This document shows, piece after piece, positions 24,801 to 37,400 of a DNA stretch of 47,268 bases (the first letter of the stretch is position 1; every line of letters starts with the position of its first letter). The notes beneath the pieces are model-generated. The model had not been told where the DNA came from and did no database searches. It saw only the letters and a list, made by a program, of their open reading frames with translations. The stretch comes from Tubiluchus corallicola (taxonomy: Eukaryota; Animalia; Priapulida). A program made the translations under genes and the position numbers. Location of the stretch: assembly GCA_030141605.1 (NCBI GenBank), contig JAQGDQ010001323.1, forward strand, positions 1-47,268, given 5' to 3'.

Positions 24801-25379
24801 CACATTTTATTCACTCGCTGTTTGTTGCACATTCAATCAGTGGGCATTATTCTTCAGCCCGAAATTATGATTCTGTTATTTGGCATTTAATGACTATCTA
24901 AATAATGAAGCAACAGTACCAAATACACAGTAATTTGTTAAATAAAAACTACATAAACAAGGCATCTACACCTACAAGCTAAGTTGAGAATCAGTCATAC
25001 AGTCAGTTTGTTAGTTAGTAATAGCATTCGTAGTTATTATTTATTTTAGACTTACACTTTCCGAATCATTCATTGGTTAATATACGAGATCAATAATCAG
25101 AAGGCTCTGCGCTTGCTGCTTAAGTAGCTCTTGTGCCAGGTTCGTATCTCCTTTTTCTCTATACCGTGTTAACTTCAATTGAAATCTCGGTTTGCGATTT
25201 TAGATGTTTTGCAAATGTTGTGCCAGTGTATAAGCTTCATTTAGTTTACAAACTACATATAGTGCCGCACTAATGAAGGAGAGAGAAAAATCCAGACCAA
25301 GCTCCTCAAATAAGCTAGGTGCGCCATGCCTTGCACTGCTTACCACATGCGGTGGAGTTTAGATAATGGTACAATATAA

Positions 25380-26090
25380 GTTTATTTATCATAAATACAA
25401 CCAAAAGGTTGAACAACATAAAATCGCAAAATAAAAATTTTAAAAAAGTTAATCAAGATTGAACATACAGCGACAAACACTAATACACTGTTAGAAGAGA
25501 CATGAACAAAATAAATTAAAATTAAATGAGTAAAAACTTAAGTTTGGAATTTAAATAAACCATATGAGAGAAAACCGTTCTTGAATCTCTCTGTTCTGCA
25601 TCTAGGTAAGGGGTATTTCAAATGTTGGCGAGTACTATATCTCTGAGTACGGGCATCTGACAATAGAGTGTGGATTTTATTACTAGGATTTTGAGTTGCT
25701 AAGAACAACTTTTTGCAAGAATTTTTCCGACGGTTATGTAAAGGTTAAAGATTAGCCAAAATTAAAGCATTTGCATAGTTTCCAATTGGAAAATTTATTT
25801 TCAATTTAGCTTTTGAACTTTTCCTAACGAATCAGACAGATTTTGGGAAAGAAATGAGTGCCATGCCTGACAAGCGTAGTCACAAACTGGCCTAATCTCG
25901 ATGCAGAATGCCATATCAATTTGCCATAAATTGAATGGACATAGATGTTCCATGTTAAATCTTTAGCCATTTATACACCTAAAAGTTTGACCGAATCAAT
26001 TCTTTTTTACGTTCAAATTAGGAACGGTAATAGGAGGAATATTAGGAAGCTTAGCCATGATATGCTATTATAATACTCTGAAGAAGTTAA
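25380..26090 (-). mobile_element. Degenerate 5'-truncated LINE ORF2 fragment
   Basis: Minus strand reads KLLGV*MAKDLTWN...IRPVCDYACQAWH...KYPLPRCRTERFKNGF with stops and frameshifts. Confidence 0.8.
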
Positions 26091-28619
26091 CAGTACTGTA
26101 CCAATTAAGCTGGATCGACCGTTGACTCGGTCAGGTTTTGGGAACTTCAGAAAGGTATATTGAACAATATAATTCTTTTAATACAGTAACATTAATTTTT
26201 TTAGCTGAGTTTCATAATTGAATAGTGTACTGTTTATAAATGGCGCACTTATGTATATATATATTACGTATATAATAATTTGCAGTACCATAAAAAATAT
26301 TGGTTTTATGATCTACCAATTGTATTGATTACACGTACCAGTAAAGTAGCTAATGCTAATAATGCATCATGCAACTATGTTTGCACGTCATATGATGTGC
26401 CGCACTTGATCTGTTAAGTATTTTAAAATTGCAGGACATGCATTAGCTAGAACTGGTCAAATTTTTATACATGTATAGACTTAATCATAACACACTTCCC
26501 GGGGTATTCCTAAATTACTATCAGCCCGTATAGTATTTTCACGATAATTCTACACGTAAATTTTGTTTCTAATCAGATGTACTAATTATTAAATATTATT
26601 ATTATGCATTTGCAGCACAAGTAAAGGGCAGAAATCATCTATTTTAAATTGTTATGACTGTTAATTTTGCATTGCATTATGTATTATTAATTTTTTATTT
26701 TACAGCTAAGAAAAAGGAAGGCGTGAGTGCATCATCAATACTACATAGTCCTTACTTACTGTATCTGTCATATAATTATGCTGTTTTTTGTTTATTAATT
26801 TTTAATTAATATTCTTTCATAATTATCCTTTAATTGTCACTTGGATACATATTTTCAAGGTAGGCACTATACATTGTTCTTGTTTATTTTCTTCATGTTC
26901 TTTTCTTATTCTCATATATTCATTTTTTCTTTTTGACACATAGTAGATTTACTTAGTTTGAATTTTTTCTTTATTTGTTTATATTCGTACTATTATATTT
27001 TGTTGTTGTTGTTACACACTTAAATTATTATTTTACAGGATGCATTGTTGTCACATTTCGCTTATTTATCATGATTTCCGTTTGCTCTATTTATTTTTGC
27101 AGTGCCAAAATTTTTTCATCTGATGAAGCTAGCTGACTTAACTGATGATCATTTGGTCCTCACTACCCTTTTTGCTAGATCTCGTGTGACACATTCTGTG
27201 ACATATCCTTATACTTATACTGGTTCTGGAATTACTTAAAAGATGTAACTAATTAATAATATTTTTATCCTGTAAAATGTGGATTTGAAGAGATAAATAA
27301 AAAATATCTTGAAATACGAGAGAGCTTTTCTCTTTTAATGTCTACTCCTGTTTATGTTTATATGTGTACTTCTGTTATACTGTAGCAAATCCCTTCGATA
27401 TGCAAGCTGCAGGTAATTAGTATCATTATGTCAAAAGTAAGATTATTATTGTACTGTACTACATAATATTTTTATACACAATATAGTCGTGAAAGTCGGC
27501 GCGAACTGAATGCAACGTTATTTTGGTACTCCCTTAGCGTTACCGTATTTGCCACCCAAACGTGTTCTTTGTGAAGTAAAAGAGCCAATCACCGATGTCC
27601 TTGCAAGTCCAGTAATGGCCAACAGAAACATTTCAGAGCTTCACAATAATTTTATTGTTGTCAGTTTTTATTATTCGTGGTTTAAATAATCAGTCAGGTA
27701 ATATTTTGCGCAAGTGTCTGTTAGTGTAGGTGCAAATTTAAAGGCTTCACGAACTAGTAAGTATAAGACAAGACGAGCTTGTTCGTCCGCAGAGGTTGAC
27801 AACAGTGAAGATAAACAATTTAGTAACATCATTGCGCATGTGTAACTTCTGTTTAACGAAGAATAAATTAAACTTAAAGTCAGGTATAGCCATAATGAAT
27901 TATGCTGTAGAGCTGGTTTTGAAGTCAGTGAGTGATGAAATGATGAAAATGAGATGTGAGTTGGTATGTTGGTGAATAACTGGAAATTTTAGCTCCAGGG
28001 TAACTGCATCCCATGAATCTCTATTTTCAATATGGAGTCATTTAAATGCACAAACAGGCTATTATAGTCTTTTTGTAAAACATTTGACAAGGCTTTGAAT
28101 CATTTGTTTAATGAGATTTCATTTTTGACTAAGCATGTTGGTAATAAACATCAATATAATATCGAGGACATTTACTTAACTGAAGGTAGCCAAGATCTTA
28201 TGGTTACTTTTACCGTGGATACACTTCATCCCTCTTAATAAAAACTGTCTGTTTCCGAAATCAGTTACACGAATTTATTTTATTTGTAAATCGCACTATG
28301 TATATCATTTACTTGGTCGTTACTTTTTTACTGTTTCATCGTCTTTGATCATAGTTTTCACTACCATATTTCTATTTTCACTTTCTCTGTATTTGAACAC
28401 CTCACGTCCTGCACTGATAGGCCTCGTTTATTGACACATATTGCTTTCAAGACATTCAAAAAAGTATTCAGTAGTATCTGTTTCTCTTTAACAGAGTGAA
28501 CACTTAAAGAAAAAAGCCAATCATCGAACTACATGTATTGCATTTTAATAGGCATCATCACTCAAAGTACGCGCATAAAATGCACTGCTGAAAAATGCAA
28601 AAAAATTGAAATATTTCTT

Positions 28620-28687
28620 ATCTTCCGCAAACGAACAATTTGAAAAATATGGCAGCGTGAATACCGTGAAGGCAAACTGTGGTGAAG
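28620..28687 (+). promoter_or_regulatory. Candidate non-coding first exon of the ZNF608-like gene
   Basis: CTTCCG, AATATGGCAGC (YY1-like), strong donor AAG|GTACGT after 28687; the acceptor at 30542 precedes the ATG. Confidence 0.45.
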
Positions 28688-29509
28688 GTACGTGTTGCAA
28701 AATTTGTGCAGTTCACTCTCAGAAGTTCCGTTATTCTAGTGTTGTGTTTAACTACCAATTGTTACCAAATTTAAGGTTTTTACATAGCTCTACTCCGTAG
28801 GATTATACTTTAACTTATGTAAGTGGTGTACGTTAATTGTGTAAATAATTAGTTTACAGATTTTTGTTGACTTTCAGATGTGCATGTAAATTTGGTAGCA
28901 TATAGTAGGTTACTTAGTCTATAGACATTGCTCTGTAAGTCAAAAAAAGAGTACCTGTACTGTGCTTAGTGTTTACCGGGAAAGTCTTTATACTGTAAAG
29001 AAATTGGATGTCGCCATGTTTCGTTCAAAAGGAGTGCGCCAACGTGTGAAGTGATCATGTTTTTAAATTGATTTTACTAATTACACGAGGCACTCCTCAT
29101 CACGGTTTTATTATTGCTGAAACATTCAAACATTTTTCTCTAATCTTGAAGTAAGTTCAACATCCCGAGATACTTGGCTTTTGCTTTAAGGTCATTCTTA
29201 TGTAAGTTTTTAGAATTTACTTCAACGTCAACCATTTTAAGCCTTATAGCCGTAATTACCTTTGTTACATCTAACTGTCCTTTTAATTTTTCTTTCAAAC
29301 CGTAATTTTTTAGGAATCGTAATTTTGTCACGCTTTCTCGCCTTCGTACGAAGGTGAGTAAACTCTGATTTCCGTCCCTTGCACCAATCTCTCATCCACT
29401 GAGTACCTAACCAAAGCACAACCTTGTCCAGTTATTCGTTGTTGGTTTACTGTCCTCGTAATATATCGACTGGTATTAAAATAAGAGGTTTCTCGCACGG
29501 AGTTCTGAA

Positions 29510-29830
29510 TCAAGTTTAAACTGTTAATGAAAACTATTTACATTATTTGTGCTCACTAATGATTCCGGTAATAAGTTCCACAGTATTACTTTAGTTGTGA
29601 AAAACTATGCCAATACTTTTCAGTATTAGCCCTATGCTTGTACAGTTTAACACTATGCCCATGTGTAATGTTTCTATTGAGTGTAAAAAACTGGTTTGCA
29701 TTGATGTCAGTAAATCCCTTAAGAATCTTGAATATTTCAATAAGTCTCCCCCTACGTGTTCTTGCAGAAAGTCGATACAGGTCTAATTTTTGCAGTTTTT
29801 GCGAATATGATCTATCTTTCCGATCTATTT
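29510..29830 (-). mobile_element. CR1-type LINE ORF2 C-terminal fragment
   Basis: Minus strand reads SYSQKLQKLDLYRLSARTRRGDLIEIFKILKG...THGHSVKLYK...LWNLLPESLV. Confidence 0.85.
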
Positions 29831-30563
29831 TTAATTTCCTTTTCTATAAACAGGATGATTTCATTTTTGATATATTTCTTCTGCATAGACTTAGTGATTG
29901 AATTTATAATGACCAAATTTACCTCAATTTTATGTTTCAACGTAATGTGTTTGATTTCAGAATATCAATAGTCTTCGTTGTTGTTATAATTTATTTGAAC
30001 CTGTGTGACCTGCTTGGTTAATCCTTCCTTGTTGGAGTTCGTTAGCAAGTCATATTACATCAGTTTTTTGTAATTCATTTTTTTTCTAATCTAATCTACA
30101 TACCATTGATGTTTGCATAAATTACTTATCACTTTTGTGAATTAATACTGATACAGAGTAACCAATGGACCCCAGAATTTTCAGAATCATTAACACTCGT
30201 ATTATTTTTTCCCAATTTAAAATCTTAAATCTGATTTTATTTGGCATAAAAATTGGGTCGTTACTTTAAGATGCATTCAGCAAATTTCGCTCGCATACTT
30301 TTGGATATTCTGGAACTGTGGAAAAGCTAAGTACTGAACTTTTATTGTTAAATTTCTCTGCTACAGTTCCAAGTAAAATAAACCTAAGCAAGTCTGTCAT
30401 TACATGGGATGAGCGACAAATTCAAATGCAGTTCGAGTGAGTAATCTTCGAACTCGCATTCTGGTGCTATATGCTCACCCCTAATCATTACTGTGGAATG
30501 ATCCGCTTGCATTCATTTTTAACTAAATCTTTTTGCTGATAGGTTGGTTCAGATTTTTAGCTG

Positions 30564-31415
30564 ATGCCACAAACCGGTCTACCTGACAACAATTTAAGCA
30601 GCGCCCTCTGTCCTCCGGAATCCCCTCACCAGTCCGCCAACAACAATGATGTAAAGCCCGACAACAATTTCGATGATGACTACAACGAGTGGGAATTTGG
30701 TGTTGGTGATTTAATTATAGACCTCGACGCAGACATTGAGAAGAGTGCTGAAGACAAGCACAAGTCCTCGGGCCAGACGGCCGAGGCGGATACTCCAAAC
30801 ATGGCTTCGTCGGTCGAACATAGTGCTATAGTGGAGAAAGGTCTCAAGATGAAGATCAAACGGAAGAGTATCGGTATGAAATCGGAGACGAAACTCGAAA
30901 TAGTAAAATCTGAAGCCAGTGCACTTGCGACCGGCAGCGACACCAAAACAGGGAGCGGCGTAAGTAGGGAAAAACCTCCTTGTGGTGGAGACAAGTCTCC
31001 CAAAGGGCGGGGTACCGGATTCCACCATCGGAAAGATAAAGTAAAAGGTGGCGAACATTTAGTGGGCTTGGGACACTCCTCTAAAAGTGCCATTACAAGC
31101 AAACATTCGGCTTCGTCTAAAGCAGGCGTGAAGCCAGGCTCAAGTGTTGCCTCCACGGAAGTGAGAGGTTTGGCGAAGCTGGCTCAGCAAGCAGCTGTGA
31201 TGAAGCAAAACTCTACCATGAAGCACAGCTCGAGCGTCGACTCGCTGTTGCAGTTGAACGGGGATGCGTCGGCTGTGCAGCGCGCAAATCCCGTCACCGG
31301 CTTCCCGCTGAAATCGTCCGTTGCTCAAGCGGCGCCACCGTCGCAGAAAACGTCTCTTCCGGCGTGCGTCAATATAGCGTTGGAGGATATTTCAAAGCGA
31401 ATCAAACAGGAAAAG
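30564..31415 (+). CDS. ZNF608: ZNF608/609-like coding exon 1
   Basis: Acceptor AG at 30541-30542, ATG at 30564, donor AAG|GTAAGT after 31415. Confidence 0.9.
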
Positions 31416-34400
31416 GTAAGTTTATGTATTAATTAATTTCTTTAAGCACCAGTTGAGGTTTGCTTAAAGGAAGACAGGATGATTTTTCATATACTGCTCT
31501 ATTTTCAAGTACGGAAAAGGTATGCATTTTAATACCAGCAATTCTTTAACAGCGTTTCTTATAATTAAATAATACATTGATACAATCTTGATTAACGGTG
31601 GGAGCCCAACTATTGATGACATCACAAACTAACATAATGTTACGGAGGCACCTGTGTCGGGTCAGGTGTAGGGCCCTCTACACGCCCTGCTTCCATGTCA
31701 GCAGCGACTCACACCTTTCTTGTAGGTTCAGACGTCGTGTTTGGGCCTACACATGGTGTGAGAAGCCAGCTGACCTGGAATGCCAGTATAAAAGCGTGTA
31801 GAGGTCACTACAGCATGGATTTCTGATACAGGTGCTCCTCAAGCGTAGTGCTGTTGCTGAGTTAGTTAGTTATTTTTTTGTGCACGTGTATTTTGTTCCC
31901 TATTTTTATTAGTGCTGATAATAAAATCCGTACAGTGTAGTTTTTGTGTATTTTGTTTTATGAGAGTTTAATGACATGCTATAACAGGTACATGGTACTA
32001 GTTTACAGTCATTAACTTTTGTAACAGTCATTAGCATAACATTTGTAATTAAAATTAATATTTGTAGTTAAGTAATCAGTTACACAACGATACTAAAATG
32101 GATCTTCATGATGCGCAATATCAAGACCGCCATGCCATCTTGGAGTTCGACCCCCTGAGTCGAATCCAGTCCAATATTTTTCAACAGCAGAAATATTTCA
32201 CGAGCGTGTTGCACGTGTTTGTGAAAGCGAAAGTTGAAGTACATTGCTATTGTAAGACATTCAGTGTGTTGTACTAAAACTATGCCTGTTTTAAAACAAA
32301 AATTCAAATTTCATATTTATGGCTGTGCCCACGCATGAGCTGTCGAACGTGTGTAGTACGTCATAAATGAACACCTCTGAACTGAGAGGTACAGCACCTG
32401 TTTCTTGTACCACGCATTTCTGAAATAATGCAGGCGCTAGTGTTTGTCTAACTGGCTAATGGCAAAATGCATGTAACAGCGAAAAATAAGTGGCAGGAAC
32501 GTGAAATTGTGTTTGTGGGGTAACAATTTTTTCGCATGTCGTTTTTGAAAAATAGTGTGTTTCCTTTCAATATTTTAAAGAGTAGATTGTTTTGACCTAC
32601 AGTTTAAGATTGGGTCCGGTTTAAAATCTTGATGTCTCATTTATTTATATTTGAACGTCAAATTCATCATAAAAACAAGTTTTCTTTAATAAAAAGAGCT
32701 TACCGTATTTGACTTTTAAATACTAGAAGTATTGACAACCGAATCACATTCTTGAAGAAAAAGTGACCTAAATTTATTAATTTAATGTGTTCTCAGCTGC
32801 CATCATTTAGAAAAATTAATTAAATTAAAATAAAATCAACAAATTTCACGCTGTTTATAAAAGATTGATGTATTGTTTTGATACCTAAAGATTTGCGTAA
32901 ATAAGGCGTCTAAAAGGTCTGTGTAAGAAATTTCTTATTACTAAGAAGTTATATAAAATCAGGCGTGTGATATAAGAATCATGTGGGTACTTCTGGCAAG
33001 TCGTGTTCATTGAATATTTTCTCTAAAGGCTGTAAAGATAACAACGGTCATCGAGTATTGCCAAATTGTAACTGTGGATTTCGATTTGAATCTGTTGAAC
33101 ACTTTCTGTTGCACTGCCCATTGCATCAACAAACTAGGGTTGTTATGTTTGATAAACTAAATGAAATACTTCTGCCGGAAAACTTTAATATAGCTGCCTT
33201 AGGAATTAATGATCTGTTGAAGTTGTTATTATTCGGAAAAGATGAATTTAACTATGTTGCTAACTGTAAAATATTCCAATGCATACATGACTTTATATTA
33301 CGTACTAAATGCTTCCAGTAGTTTCTATCTGATATGAAATGCATCAGTCTTAAATAATCGTACATTAATATGTCCTAACCGTCATTTTCTACTAATGTCT
33401 AATGTCTAATGTAATCTTGTAATAAAACTTGTCAGCTTGTGCAGTTATAGTCTATTCTTACTGTAAATGTTACTAATATCTAATGTAATCTTCTAGTAAA
33501 ACTTGTCAGCTTGTGTAGTTATAGTCTATTCTTACTGTAAATGTTACTAATGTCTAATGTAATTTTCTAGTAAAACTTGTCAGCTTGTGTAGTTATAGTC
33601 AATTCTTACTGTAAATGTTTTTGTAAATAGTGTCTAAACTCTGTTGTGGTGAGGATCCTAAATCATGTTGTTAAAACTGTCTGATCCAATCCTATAATAA
33701 ATTATCTTTAAACTAAATATAATTCAGATTGCTCAAACTGTCTCTGCTTTTACTGAAAAATGTATCGTAATTAGTCGTTAGAGTTAATTTCAATGTTGCA
33801 GAATGAGGCTTCAACAGCAAGTGATGGCAGCAGCCAATCAGAACCGAGAAGGGACGCCTGTGTCGGCGGGAGCGTTAGCGTCGGCACCAGCGTCGATTCC
33901 GACTGCTTTGGACCGTGTGATCCGGGGACTAGCGTTAATTTAGAGGGCATAGTTTGGCATGAGACAGACACAGGTAAAGTTACGAAGGGGTAGAGAATAT
34001 AATTTTAAAATATGCCACGCTAAGTTCCGCGCTACATTTTATTACTGAATATCACGCTTGCCTGCTTGAAAGACTTATGTAGCTAGAAAAGAAAATCCTT
34101 GATAATTAAAAATGTTCACGTAAAATGTCACTGTATCACCTTCCCAGTGTGCACCACTGACTCATCAAAAAATCTCAATGAGTTTAATTTCGATGGAATG
34201 CGCCTGACTACGCCGATTGGCTGGTTAGCGTAGCTTGCTGCGAAGCAACCCCAATTCCACGGCTGTTAAACTTTTCTTCAATGTTTTGCATGGCCGTAGC
34301 AGTGAAATAAACAGACCGGGTGGCTGCGCTTAGAGCTGAGCTTAGGCGGCAGTCTACCGCCTTCCGTCTCTCACATGAAAAACGTAGGCGTCAGTGTGCT

Positions 34401-37400
34401 GCCTTCCGTAGTGAACGCGCTAAATAAGTACGTCTCAGTAAAATCACTACATCATTTGCTAATACAATCGCGTGGGGCAGGTTTGGTTTAGTGGTCCGAC
34501 AGCTTAAAGCAGGGGTGTGCCAACTGTGGCCCGCTGGCCATTTGCGGCCCGCCGAGAGATCTTGTGCGGCCCGCGAAGAGGTTTGTCAACGTAATGAAAG
34601 TGCGGCCCGCGAAGAGGTTTGTCAACGTAATGAAAGTGCGGCCCACGCGATCCAGCTGAAGTCTGCGCCAATATCGCAAAGATAGTGCGGGTAGTTTTTT
34701 CCTCTAGATCGGATGGCATTAACCCTTACAAGACCGTTGTCACTTAATGTCACCGTCGGACATGACAAAATATATGGTTTTTAATATAAATTTTAGTAAC
34801 TTCTGAAACAGTTTCTTGAGTGCAGTAGTGCCGTAGTAATGATATGTCAAACTGCATGTGGCCCACAGGAATTGCGGGAATGCTTAATGTGGCCTGGCTA
34901 GTCAGATAATTTGCACAACCCTGGCTTAAAGTGTATTTTATTTTTTATTGTCATGTTTTAGGGATGCTTGTTGTAAACGTGACTTGGAGAGGGAAGACTT
35001 ACGTCGGAACACTGTTAGACTGTACAAAACACGACTGGGCACCTCCGAGGTATTTTATTCAATATGATAACCTATGTGACAGTTTATTGTGCTAGTAGTA
35101 CTCTGAAGTGTTGCTACATTGTGTCTTTTTATAAATTTTCATTATTGTAAATTATTTTTTATCATCTGTGCTTAAAAAGAGCTCCATATTTTTAGGGCTG
35201 TGTTCCTGCATGCGTTGTTTATGTAAGTTTGTGATTTTTTAGCTGTGCTCGTGTGGATTTGTGTTTACGAAATAAGGTGTTATTATTATTACACAGACCA
35301 AGAAATATGAATTTATGTGACAAAGTTATGCAAGGTCACTGAGCATTTTGTTCTCGCTGTTTTAAGTCTGTTGAATTTTTTCTGTATAGCGTCGTCAGTT
35401 GGTTTAGCTTGCGCGTAAAATGAAAAGCCTTAAAATTAGTTGCAGTCTGTGAGTTAGCTATTTCAAATAGTTTTTACATGTATTTTAGAATTGTGTGTGT
35501 AATCGTCAATACCTAGCTGTTGTACATATTAAACTGTCGTGAGGTTATTACCAAGAGGGTAGTTAGACATTTGTACTAGGTTTCATAATTTTATGTGACT
35601 GCTTATTGCATAATATTTTGTACTTCACAGTCACACTATTGTGTGAGTGTCAGGCAGATAACTAAGAACACTGAGAACACTGACTGCTAAAAATGAGGGG
35701 CACATGTGCGCGTTATGCGCTAAATACAAGTCCAACAGTCTTTTAGATGTAATTTATGATTTTTTATTGTCCAAAATGTCCAATCATCGTCTCATCCCAA
35801 AATCACTATCACATCATGACATATTTAACTGACTGACTGACTGACTGACTGACTGACTGACTGTCTGACTGACTGACATATTATGTGCGACTCGACTTCG
35901 TTTTATCTGAAGCAAATAAAAAACATTTTCTGCTAATCCAATGTCAAAAGGATAATTAACTGCTATAATGAAAATTTTTAATAATATTCTGAAATATGAA
36001 GAAATCAAACTTACATCTTTGCCGCATCTTACTAACTTGCTAATGAGAACTCGACTGACAAAATTTTGTTATAAAGCGACAGGACGTACTGAACAAGAAT
36101 GACTTCTTTCCTATCCCGTCTGCAAAATGAGGCCAATGGCCTATTTCCTGTCGTACCTCACCTGTCTATCAACAGCCCAAATTTGCAAAAAACAAACACA
36201 AGGAGGCACCACGTGCTTATATCCAAAGCAGCGCATGTTATTTATCGGTCCAGATAAAGAATGCAACTTTTCAGCAAAAGAAAGTTAGTGTTGTAGTAGT
36301 TAAATGAACCCACGTGCCCAGCAGTGAAGTTCTGGGCTCTGACTACTGAATTGTAGCTCGTCAGCATCTGTGTTCACGTCACAATAGTTACCGTTATGCT
36401 TTAAGGGGAAGAAAGGGCATTTTTCTAAAGTATATCCGACAAAATTTCTGTACAAAGTTGCATAACTTAGCATTACGCTTGGCTACTTGAATGGCTTGTG
36501 TAGCTAGAAAAAAATTCTCATTTATTTAAAATGTTTGTGCTACTTGGTAATTTGTAACCTTCCCAATGTGAACCAATGCTGCTTGGTTACACTGATGTAA
36601 TGATGTAAACAAAGTGACGGCCCACCATCTAGTGGTCAGCTCGCAAAACAACGGACCAACGGAAGGGGTGAACATTCTCTACCAGAAAGCGAATTCGAAT
36701 CGAACCGAATTTGTGACTTTCGAATTCGAATTGAACCGAACTTCAGTGTTTCGAATTCGAATTGAGTATGAACGATTTTCGAACCACCAGTAAAAATTAG
36801 TCTTGCAAAGATCATGCATATCACTAGATTTTGTTCTGCAATAAAACGACTAGTAATTTCTTTAAAGTTCTGCGCAGAAATCACAGCTAAATTATGCTAA
36901 TTGCATGATGTTTCAATCGTTTTAGTGACCAGGAACATATGTGATTGAAGTGCTGAATTATTCGAATCTATAGTTTTGAATTCAAATCGAGTTTGAACTA
37001 AAAAAACTCGTTCGAATCGAATTCGAGCGTTCGATGCTCACCCCTAACCAACGGACTATGTCTGTAGTATGCGGGACTTTTTAGCGGCCCAGATTTTGTC
37101 CGATTCGTCTGATATCCGTAAAAGTGAAGTCTGGCATATGAGTGTATGTAGGTGATACAGCGTTTCAAGCAGAATTTTTTAGCTTTATGTAATTAAAATG
37201 AAATTATGAAATGTCGTGAAATTAAAGTGTTTTTGTGTACTTTAAATGACACAAGTGGGAAAAACAAATTATAGTTATTTGCTGTTGATTGAGCTGAATT
37301 GCTTAATAACTGCTACTTAGTTTGAGGCCATATTTAAAGTCCTTATACAGGGGTAATGACATAGTAGGTCTATAATTTCTATTATGTTTAAATGGCCATT

